Shown piece after piece: positions 1-8,900 of a stretch of 54,742 nt of DNA; position 1 is the first letter of the stretch; every line of letters begins with the position of its first letter. This stretch comes from a virus (lineage: Duplodnaviria > Caudoviricetes): IMG/VR virus record IMGVR_UViG_3300021961_000129, positions 1 to 54,742 of that record; one strand, 5' to 3'. A program made the position numbers and the translations under genes. The notes below the pieces were generated by a model that saw nothing but the letters and a program-made list of their open reading frames with translations, was not told where the DNA came from and did no database searches.

Positions 1-1716
1 AACTACTATTGGTTTAGATGGATCAGTAGGACTTGGATACCACTGCATTATAACTGCGCCTGGATAGAACTTCTCAATTTCCGCTTTTACTTCATCTCTT
101 GATGGTTTTTTCATTGATGGGAAGAAAAGTTGAAGACTCATCATTGGTCTACCTCTCCATGAGAAGAGTATAGTATAAACATTACCAGTAGATTGTAGTC
201 TTTGATAGTCTTCGGTTCTCAATTGTCCAGGTTGGATGACAGAATCAGCAAGTGGTGAAGATGGGCCACTTAACTTCTTCATTGCAGCAGCCTTTTCTCC
301 TGCATTAGTTGTGCCCTTTGCAAGGTTTCTAATCTTTGCAGTTCTTTGTGCCTGTCTGTGGCCACCACCAATCTCAAAACTCACATTTTCATTTGCTGGA
401 TGAATCTCATTTGGATCATAAGGATTCGGATCTAATGATGCAGGTATTGAGAACATCTTCCAATAACCTTCACCATATTTGCATTCTTTTGCAGTTTGTT
501 TTTTCTTACACTTTGGACAATATCTTACAACCTCTCCCATTTCTTGGATTTGTTGTTTGGTTGTTCCCGTTACAATTGGATCTGGTTTGATGATATCTAC
601 AAACTCATACTCAGTTGCTTTAAAGTCATCTCTCCAATTGGAGAACTCATAACCTTCTTTCTGAGTCTTGTTGCCCCAGTTCTTTGCACCAACTTTACGG
701 CACTTAACTAATGCACCAGATGCATATGCAGAAGGCCAAACCTTATAACGAGATTTTACCTTTGAGTAACATGCGTCTTTCTCTTCAGTCGCAACCATCT
801 TAGCCTTACCCTCTCTGTCGGGATTTGGGTCTTCTTCATTTTTGCGACGGAATGCTTTTTCCTCTTCCTTATCGGAGAGAGCTGCCTTCATTTTGCTGGA
901 ACCACACTTTGGTTTTGTGGTTTGTCCTGGTTGTTTTGCACAGGGTTTTCCTGCGTATTTACCGCCCAGTTGAACCCAACCAGGGGTGCCATCAGAAGCG
1001 CGACTCTTAGTAAACCAGTCACGCAAAGAATTATCACCACTTTTGTTTTCATTAATAGACTCCTCCTTCACACAATTGGGAACTACTTTTTTTCCCTTCT
1101 TTTTCATTCCAAGTTGTTTATATCCATCCCAACATTTTTCTTCAATTTTTTTCTTACGGCCTTGACAATGAGCTTTCTGAGAAAATCCTTTTGGATTATC
1201 GCAATCAATTGACTTCTTATATTTCTCAGACCAATCTTCCTTTACTTTTTCCACCTTTTTTAATTTGGAGTAATAGTTTGGAAGTTCGTCAAGATGTTGG
1301 AGTGCAATCTCTTTTGCTACTTGATTATCAGTAGTATGTTCATGTTCAACTTTCATCCCCATCTCAAGCTGTTTTTCAATTACTGATGGAGATACTTTAT
1401 GCTTTTTTGCGATTTCTTCTACCGACTTATACGACTTGAATGATTCTTTTACTTCCTTCTTTTTCTCAGTATCATCTTCGCCACCATCCATGTGGTCAGC
1501 TACTGTATCAAGATACTCAGATGCCTTAGTGATCTTGGATTGAACCCATGCTTCAAGATCACCCTCACCTTTGAGGTGACGCATCAATCTTTCAATCGCA
1601 GATTTTGCAGTCTTAAGTTCTCCACGAGCCATGGAAAACTCAAAGTCTTCTCCGAGAGGTGCGATAGTTTCTAGGTCTGAGAGAATAGACCATTCCTTAA
1701 AGGTGAGTTTATCCAT
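1..1716 (-). CDS. Modular putative head-packaged protein (>=572 aa, runs off the window edge; absent from ORF track)
   Basis: Manual translation from ATG at 1716 (MDKLTFKEWSILSDLE...) stays open to base 1. It contains short modules (KVEHEHTTDNQVAKEIALQHLDELPNYYSKL, DUF5661-like from memory; EDWSEKYKKSIDCDNPKGFSQKAHC; KCWDGYKQLGMKKKGKKVVPNCV; KDACYSKVKSRYKVWPSAYASGALVKCRK) separated by xxE/EE linkers. Lies downstream of gp16. Confidence 0.85.
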   Translation of the reverse strand, partial: MDKLTFKEWSILSDLETIAPLGEDFEFSMARGELKTAKSAIERLMRHLKGEGDLEAWVQSKITKASEYLDTVADHMDGGEDDTEKKKEVKESFKSYKSVEEIAKKHKVSPSVIEKQLEMGMKVEHEHTTDNQVAKEIALQHLDELPNYYSKLKKVEKVKEDWSEKYKKSIDCDNPKGFSQKAHCQGRKKKIEEKCWDGYKQLGMKKKGKKVVPNCVKEESINENKSGDNSLRDWFTKSRASDGTPGWVQLGGKYAGKPCAKQPGQTTKPKCGSSKMKAALSDKEEEKAFRRKNEEDPNPDREGKAKMVATEEKDACYSKVKSRYKVWPSAYASGALVKCRKVGAKNWGNKTQKEGYEFSNWRDDFKATEYEFVDIIKPDPIVTGTTKQQIQEMGEVVRYCPKCKKKQTAKECKYGEGYWKMFSIPASLDPNPYDPNEIHPANENVSFEIGGGHRQAQRTAKIRNLAKGTTNAGEKAAAMKKLSGPSSPLADSVIQPGQLRTEDYQRLQSTGNVYTILFSWRGRPMMSLQLFFPSMKKPSRDEVKAEIEKFYPGAVIMQWYPSPTDPSKPIVV

Positions 1717-1720
1717 TTTA

Positions 1721-2146
1721 CTATTGATTGGTTAAGTTTTTCTTACCTTGTGCAATTACCTGGTCTCTAGTCATACCAGTCTTCTTCATTTTTGCCTCGC
1801 CACCACCGGCAGCAAAGTCATCCATTGGTTTCTTTGCTGGTGCAGCTGCTGCAGGTTTATTCAATCTATTAGCAAAGTCTTGCTTTGCCTTTGCATCCAT
1901 TGCTCTCCTACCTGCGTGAAGAACATCACTCACACTACTTCCAGACCTCAACGCTGATTTACCACCACCAGCTTTGAGTGCAGCGTGACCACCTCTATCG
2001 GAGAACGCTTTTGAACCAATTTTATTAGCTTCTTTTTCTCTATTCAGTCTAGCTTGATTGGCAATTACGGATTTGGGAACTTGACTTTGTTTCCAAGCCT
2101 CATCAATAGAATACGCTTCCGCACAGAACTCTTTGAAGGATTTCAT
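1721..2146 (-). CDS. Basic Ala/Lys-rich putative internal head protein with capsid-targeting-like N-terminus
   Basis: 141 aa; N-terminus MKSFKEFCAE resembles the T4 internal-protein capsid targeting sequence MKTYQEFIAE; internal repeat GGxxALK/AKMK. Confidence 0.7.
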   Translation of the reverse strand: MKSFKEFCAEAYSIDEAWKQSQVPKSVIANQARLNREKEANKIGSKAFSDRGGHAALKAGGGKSALRSGSSVSDVLHAGRRAMDAKAKQDFANRLNKPAAAAPAKKPMDDFAAGGGEAKMKKTGMTRDQVIAQGKKNLTNQ

Positions 2147-2168
2147 ATTACTTTTAGTGGTCTATATT

Positions 2169-2600
2169 TTATTTAGGGAGATCCCCACCCATAGACCCTT
2201 TGAGGAACTTTTGTAGTTCTGCGGTAGATCCTAAGAACACTGCGTTGTTAGTAACACTAGTTGGCGCAGAAGACTTCTGTTCCTGGTTAATATCTTTCAT
2301 TTTCTTTTGAAGATCAACCAATTTATCTGTAACATCTCCAACATTCTTAATCAGTTGTCCTGCAACTTCATACGCTCTTGGAGAATCAGATTCTTGTGCA
2401 AGTTCTAGAATACCATTAATGGCTTCTTGACCTTTCTCAATAATTGAGTAGAGTTGTCCTCTAGAATACTCATAGTCTTTTTGGAGTTGATCTACAGTCT
2501 CTGTAGGTTTTTTTATTTCAGCAGGCTCCGTCTTGACAATCTCTGATTTGATCGGAGTTGTCTCAATATCTAAAGCTTTATCAATGTCTTCAAAACTCAT
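2169..2600 (-). CDS. gp16: Terminase small subunit (cyanophage type)
   Basis: DYEYSRGQLYSIIEKGQEAINGILELAQESDSPRAYEVAGQLIK and NNAVFLGSTAELQKFLK motifs; synteny after gp15. Confidence 0.9.
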   Translation of the reverse strand: MSFEDIDKALDIETTPIKSEIVKTEPAEIKKPTETVDQLQKDYEYSRGQLYSIIEKGQEAINGILELAQESDSPRAYEVAGQLIKNVGDVTDKLVDLQKKMKDINQEQKSSAPTSVTNNAVFLGSTAELQKFLKGSMGGDLPK

Positions 2601-3649
2601 ACATCAGTTCCCTTAGTGGTACTATAAATTTTACCGTCACCAAAATCATAACGAGACTCACTAAATCCAAAGTCATCGTCAAGATCAATCAATTCATCAT
2701 CAGCATCATTAATTACATTGATTGCAGTTCCTGATGCATGTGTGGTGACAACAGTATTGTCTTGACCTCTGTTTACAAGTAGAGTGTTGCCTGTAATCTT
2801 ACGAATAAACATCGACTCTTCATCAATCTGTATATATGAATTGATGATTAATGCTGTTGCGTCAGAAACATTAAACTGTGTTTTTTCATCGTCAAGATCT
2901 TCAGCAATTACCGTAATTTCGTCATTATTATAATCTTTAATTGCTCTAGGCTCCGCAACATACCTTAGTTGTCTAGAAGCATTAACTCTGTTAGTATCTG
3001 AATAATAATCTACTTGCACTTGTTTAATCAGAGCTTCATTTCCATTTCCAACTGGCCCAAATAGATGCGTTTTTGCAGTAAAATCTAATGTATAAATTAA
3101 TATTCTTCTAGTCGTAAAGTCCCCTTCATACTGATCATCCATTGATATTCTTTCAAGGATCATTGGAATATCTCTTTTTTCTCCAATACTCGATACCAAA
3201 TCTACTGTTAAATTCAAGTGCGGTTGAAAATACGGTAAAATCTGTTCTACAACTTGTAACGCATCTTCATTTAATTTGGACATTATTGAAAGTCTAAAGT
3301 TTACATTATATGGAACAGGCATGAATACCTTAGTTAATTCATCATTATTTGTTTTATCAATAGTTTTGAAAGTTTGCATCGTTGATGACTTTCTTGAAGA
3401 ATCATACTGAATTCCCGTCATTTCAAATGACATTCTTGGAAGAGTAATTGCAACTCTTTTCTTTAAATCTGGAACTTGTTCAATTCTTGCTAGAAACTTC
3501 TGAACCGGTCCATAAGCAATCGGAACAGTAATGATACTAAAATCATCTCCTGCATTATCTTTATGTTTTATTTTAATATCATTAAAAAGTGTTCCGAAAG
3601 CAACAATAGTCTTTCTCAATATTTCGTGATAAAAATAATTTGATATCAT
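2597..3649 (-). CDS. gp15: Tail sheath stabilizer / tail completion protein
   Basis: YFYHEILRKTIVAFGTLFNDI, VPIAYGPVQKFLARI, LPRMSFEM and QVVEQILPYFQP motifs; gp13-14-15-16 synteny. Confidence 0.93.
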   Translation of the reverse strand: MISNYFYHEILRKTIVAFGTLFNDIKIKHKDNAGDDFSIITVPIAYGPVQKFLARIEQVPDLKKRVAITLPRMSFEMTGIQYDSSRKSSTMQTFKTIDKTNNDELTKVFMPVPYNVNFRLSIMSKLNEDALQVVEQILPYFQPHLNLTVDLVSSIGEKRDIPMILERISMDDQYEGDFTTRRILIYTLDFTAKTHLFGPVGNGNEALIKQVQVDYYSDTNRVNASRQLRYVAEPRAIKDYNNDEITVIAEDLDDEKTQFNVSDATALIINSYIQIDEESMFIRKITGNTLLVNRGQDNTVVTTHASGTAINVINDADDELIDLDDDFGFSESRYDFGDGKIYSTTKGTDV

Positions 3650-3677
3650 TACAAGTTTCTTAAAATGTATTAACTAT

Positions 3678-5108
3678 TTAGAATTCTCCAAATGGGTTCT
3701 TCTGACTAAAATCAAGAATTTGGTCAGCAGCCATTTCTATTTCAATATTTTCTGCATAGAGATCTAAGAATTCATTTGTTTGGACTGTTGAAACTTTATA
3801 ACTTCCTGCTGCACCAACGATAGACTCTCCTCTTGCAAAATTGCCGTCTACAACAGCAACTTTAAGAACCCTGTTTACATAATCCCAACTCTTAACATAT
3901 CCAGTAGTTCCCGTTCTAGTTCCAGTAACAACTTCATTATAATCATAATCTCCAAATGTAGTCGCAGTAGGATCTGTGAAGGATATTGTTGGGGTAAATG
4001 TATAACCAGCACCAGCATTAGAATAACGAACAGAAACTACCTGTCCATTGGAGTTTACAACTACTTCCGCCTGGGCATTATTGATATTAGAAGATATTCC
4101 AGTACTTGTTGGAATAAAGATTCTTTGGATAGTTACTTGTGGTGTTGTAGTGTATCCAACCCCACCAGAAGATAGTCCGATTGTTCCAAGAACTCTCGTA
4201 TTAATAACAGCAGTTGCAATTCCCCCACTTCCTCCACCTCCAGAAATAGTTACGATGGGGGGTTCCGTATATCCAAATCCAGGATTTGTGATAAGGATTC
4301 TATCAATAGATAATTTTTGGTTAGATGATCTACTAGTCATAATCGCAACAGCTGTTGCAGTCAATCCGCCAACTGGTGCAGTAGAAATTGAAACTATAGG
4401 TGCCGAGGTATATCCATAACCATCATTGATTAAATCTAAGTATTGAACTGATTTGGAAGATGGATCTGTTGTTGCAAATCCTACGGAAGCTACTGCAGTT
4501 GTTGCACCAGAACCAACCATTTGGATAGTGTAAACATTTCCAAGATCCTTAATAGATTCATTAATTTCAATTCCTGCAGAATCAACTTCTGGGACATCAA
4601 TAATTTCATCTTCGTATTCAAATCTTTCACATCTCAGTTCATAAACGTATAAATTATTGAGTTGATAAAATGGTTTCTTACCCTCAACATATTTAATTTC
4701 AAATAAAGACTCATCAAGAGGAAACCAAATCAAATCTCCTTCTTGAGGTCTATAAGCAACTTTTCTTTCATCTTCTGGCCATAATTTTAATAAAGGTGAA
4801 ATGAAATCGTCATATCTTTCCTTTGAAATCACGAGATTGATTTCATCGTTACTTCTAACACCAAACTTTGTAAGAAGATCTCCATTACCACTGAATCCTT
4901 CAAAGTTCATTAAATAAGCTTCAATACGAAAACTATCATCAAACTTTGATGCAGTGACTTCTTTGATGACCGTATTTTCCCCAATAATCCTTCTAGGCAT
5001 GTATAGAACATCTTGTCCATACATTTTGAGTTGTTCGTTAATTAAATCTTGAATAAGTCTCTGTTCACTGGGAGACCCCTGAAGAAAATAAGAATTGAGT
5101 GGTGACAT
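3678..5108 (-). CDS. gp14: Neck protein with Gly/Thr-rich beta-repeat insertion
   Basis: EQRLIQDLINEQLKMYGQDVLYMPR, RPQEGDLIWFP, PFYQL and C-terminal DFSQKNPFGE; internal GxGYTxxPxVTI repeats. Confidence 0.92.
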   Translation of the reverse strand: MSPLNSYFLQGSPSEQRLIQDLINEQLKMYGQDVLYMPRRIIGENTVIKEVTASKFDDSFRIEAYLMNFEGFSGNGDLLTKFGVRSNDEINLVISKERYDDFISPLLKLWPEDERKVAYRPQEGDLIWFPLDESLFEIKYVEGKKPFYQLNNLYVYELRCERFEYEDEIIDVPEVDSAGIEINESIKDLGNVYTIQMVGSGATTAVASVGFATTDPSSKSVQYLDLINDGYGYTSAPIVSISTAPVGGLTATAVAIMTSRSSNQKLSIDRILITNPGFGYTEPPIVTISGGGGSGGIATAVINTRVLGTIGLSSGGVGYTTTPQVTIQRIFIPTSTGISSNINNAQAEVVVNSNGQVVSVRYSNAGAGYTFTPTISFTDPTATTFGDYDYNEVVTGTRTGTTGYVKSWDYVNRVLKVAVVDGNFARGESIVGAAGSYKVSTVQTNEFLDLYAENIEIEMAADQILDFSQKNPFGEF

Positions 5109-5109
5109 A

Positions 5110-5940
5110 TTAACCTATGAGATCAAGTGGTGGTAGTTCGTACTCGTCCTTAAGTTGTTGTTCCAATTTTTCTACTTCCGCAACACCATCGTCATAAATT
5201 TGTCTTCCATTCAACTGAACTCCACCTGGAAGTAAGACTCCATTGAATTTAATCATGTTCTGTCCCCACTGTTTCTTAATCAGAGCCGTGAGGTATTTCT
5301 TCAACCACCAATCGTTGTAGAGTTTTGGTGCATCTGAAGGATCCACAATTCTATAACAATCAATAATTACATATTCATTTTCACCTACTTCAGACCAATC
5401 AATATCTAGATATAACTTGTGATTTTTCTTGTTAAAACGAATCTGTGCATGAGGATTTAAGAGGAAATCTAGATCCTCCAAATATCTCTTAACCATTGCG
5501 TAATTGAGAAGATCCAATGCACCATAATAATAAACATCATTCAAGAATAATTGATATTTAATATTAAATAAACCATCTGAAACTGTACTTGAATTTATCT
5601 TAAGAATATTATTAACACCAATGATTGAATCTGGAAGTGGAAGATAATTGACTCCTTCCACATAAGTAAGAGAAGTTAGTCCAGCTCCAACGACACTACC
5701 TGAAGTAGATGCAGAACCTACTGGACCTGGTTGAGCTAAGGTTGTTTTAGTTGCTGGAGTAAGTTTATGTTTTAGAAATACTCTGTCTATCCCATCATAA
5801 TGACGTTCATGATAATATTGAATTGCATCATCTATCAAGTTGTCAATCTGATCATCGTCTACATTTATTTCTAAAACCGGCTTACCTAGTTGTTTGAGGC
5901 AGTAATCTTTCAATTCCGCTCTACTAGATGGCTGCGCCAT
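5110..5940 (-). CDS. gp13: Neck protein
   Basis: LKDYCLKQLGKPVLEINVDDDQI and WLKKYLTALIKKQWGQNMIKFNGVLLPGGVQLNG motifs. Confidence 0.95.
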   Translation of the reverse strand: MAQPSSRAELKDYCLKQLGKPVLEINVDDDQIDNLIDDAIQYYHERHYDGIDRVFLKHKLTPATKTTLAQPGPVGSASTSGSVVGAGLTSLTYVEGVNYLPLPDSIIGVNNILKINSSTVSDGLFNIKYQLFLNDVYYYGALDLLNYAMVKRYLEDLDFLLNPHAQIRFNKKNHKLYLDIDWSEVGENEYVIIDCYRIVDPSDAPKLYNDWWLKKYLTALIKKQWGQNMIKFNGVLLPGGVQLNGRQIYDDGVAEVEKLEQQLKDEYELPPLDLIG

Positions 5941-5972
5941 AAAAAAATACCCCTAGTTTCCTAGAGGTATTT
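5941..5972 (-). terminator. Intrinsic terminator-like hairpin after the tail fibre gene, abutting the gp13 ATG
   Basis: Minus strand ATACCTCTAG-GAAA-CTAGGGGTAT followed by a T run. Confidence 0.7.
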
Positions 5973-5975
5973 ATA
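5968..5975 (-). promoter_or_regulatory. T4-type late promoter upstream of gp13
   Basis: TATAAATA on the minus strand ~30 nt before the gp13 ATG. Confidence 0.75.
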
Positions 5976-5992
5976 ATTTATGGGTCGAGTTT

Positions 5993-8900
5993 TCACTCTC
6001 CCTTTAGTTTTTTAATTTCATCACGAAGTTCGTTGATTTGAACTTGTTGTTCTTTAATTGCTTCAATTAGTAATGCAGTTATATTTGAATATGCAACTGA
6101 TTTATGACCATTTCCGTCCGTTGTGACGAGTTCTGGTACAACTTCTTCAACTTCTTGTGCGATGACACCAATTTCAGTTCCGGGGGTCTCAAGTCTTTCA
6201 AACGTTACGCCACGCATGTTGAGAACCTTATCAAGAGCATCTTGAATGGTTTCAATATTCTTCTTGAATCTTACGTCAGAAGAAGCAGTTACGGTTCCTC
6301 CAACCGTCATATTGTTATTTGAAAGATCAATTTGCATGGGCCATACGGAGTTGACCTGTGCAGGAGTTAATGTATCGTTTCCACCACGTTTTACATAGAA
6401 TATACCAGCGTTGTTCTCAATCATTGCTGAGGCACTTGCAGTTGCTCTCAGATAATAGATTGGAGCAGAAGCTCTTAGTTCTACTAAACCTTGTGCAAGT
6501 CTGTTATTTGTGTCAGCAGTAATATCATGAGTAGCTGCTCTGTGAGTTGTTGCGTCAACTCTTGCACCAGTAATGTTACCAGAAGCATCTCTAGCGACAA
6601 TTGTGTTCGCTGTTGCGGCAGTTGCAGAATTTAATCCATCAAGTAAATCAGCACTTAAATTGGTTACGGTAGTTGTTGAAGTAACTGTTAGTGGAGCAGT
6701 TCCAGTTGCAACCGTAGATGTTAAAGTTGTTGCCGAAAGAGCACCAACAAGGGTTAGCGCGCCTGCGCCCGTGAGAGTTGCAGCAAGAGTTGTTCCACCA
6801 TACCACTTAAATGATTGTGTAGTAGTTGGAACTCCAGACCATAAACTACCACTTTCAATACCAAAAGCATAATCCGCAGCAGAAGCGGTAATCGCATTAT
6901 TGAGAACAATCTTAGCGCCAGCACTTCTATTGGTGAATGCAGGTGCAGCCGAACCAGTTGTTCCAAAATCAATCCAGTTACTTGTGGCTCCAGAGAATGT
7001 CAAATCTCCAACTGTTGTTGATCCAGCGGCATTAAGGGTTATTTTACCTGCAGTAAAGTTTCCTGAAGTATCTCTGGCAACAATATTCGCGGTTCCGTTT
7101 GTATAAGTTGAAGAGGATAATAAACCATTATGTAACTGTGCATTTAAATTTGTAACCTCAGTAGTTGAAGTGATTGATAATGGAGCAGTACCTGAAGCAA
7201 TGTTAGAAATTAATCTAGTACCAGTTACTGTGCCTGTAAATGAAGCATTTCCAGAATTTCCGAGAGTAAATACATCAGTTCCACTTGCGTTTCTACCAAT
7301 TAAACTGGTCGTAAACTGTAAATATAGGTTATTTGAAGAGAATTGAATCTTACCAGCCTTTTCTCCAGTCCAAGTTCCAGTAGTGAAAGAGATATCATGA
7401 TTTGCAGCGACTGCTATTGACTGTGTGGTTAATAGTCCCTCTAAAACTGGTGTAGTTGTAAGTGTATATGCAGAACCATTGCCAATAAGTACGGCTCCAG
7501 CAGATGGAGCAGCTGCCAATCCAGTTCCACCTCTTGTTACAGGAATTGTTCCTTGGTGATTAGTAACATCTAAATGATAAGCGGAGTTATTTCCACCCAA
7601 TGTAGCAGCGTCAACATCACCACCAGCAGTAGAAGTTTTAATTTGAATTTGGCCATCACTTCCCACATTAAATGTAGATGTCTTAAATTGAGCAACACCT
7701 AAGGTTGAATATGCATCAATTGTGGGTAGACATCTGTTAAGTCTAATTTCAACATTACCATAATAAGTATTAATTCCAACTCCAAAAGGAGCATTATCTA
7801 CAGAAGTCGCAAAAACTTGAACTGGTTGTGTAGTACCAAATCCAACCGATCCAACTGCCTTAGCCCACTTAGAATCACCTCTTAGATAAGTTTCATTGTT
7901 TGCACTTCCACTACCAGCAAGTCTTGTTGTATTAACAACACCGGATATGATGTTAGAAGCATCAATATCACCACCACCAACTGCTGCCCAGTTTGTAGAC
8001 TCTTGTCCAGATGTATTAACAACATCTGTGAAACTTATATTTTGTTTTGTATAAGAAACAATACCAGTTCCATTGGTTCCCAATGAGATTGGGTCTAAAA
8101 TTAGACCATTAATAGAAGCAAGAGCAGCATTTCTACTTGGATGTAGTGTAAAACTATTTGTGGTTGCAGAACCTACAAAGTAGTAATATCCAGTAGTGAG
8201 TCCAGTTGGTAGTGATCCCACTCCAGCAGCCGCATTAATTTGAACAGGATCTCCCTGCGTAAATCCATGATTAACAAGAATAAGTTGTTGCGTGTTGGTA
8301 ACAACACCAACTCTTGTAAAGGACTGAACACCGGTTCCAGAAGCCGTTAAATCAATTTTAGAATCAGCGCCGACGGCATAGTTTGAGTGAATAGTATAAG
8401 AACCAATTCCGACTTTTTTAACATAATAGATTGTATCTGCAATAAGAGGAGATATTACAGTACCAGTAGTAGTGTATTTAACCGGATCGCCATCACCAAA
8501 TGGTTGGAATGTACTTGTAATTCTATCATTAGTAAAGTCTACATTACCACCGACATCAATACCAGTACCAGTGAAGGAGAAACTGGTACTAATTCCAAGA
8601 TCAGTGGAAATAGCAACTGCATTTCTATCTACAATATAGTCTGGAAGTGCCGTTGTTGGAGCAAATTTTACACCGTTTAAAAGATTAATATAAAGTCTAG
8701 TTTCTACGCTAGCAATTTGAACTGTAAAGTTTGATCCACCAGTTCTACCTCCAATTGGTGTGGGATCATTAACTGTTAATACATCATTAACAGCAAAATA
8801 ACGTCCTCCAGTATTAATAGCAACTGCTTGAACTGTTCCAGCAGCACTAACTGTAATTGTACCAGTAATTCCTGTACCAATACCACTAGCAGTATCAAAT

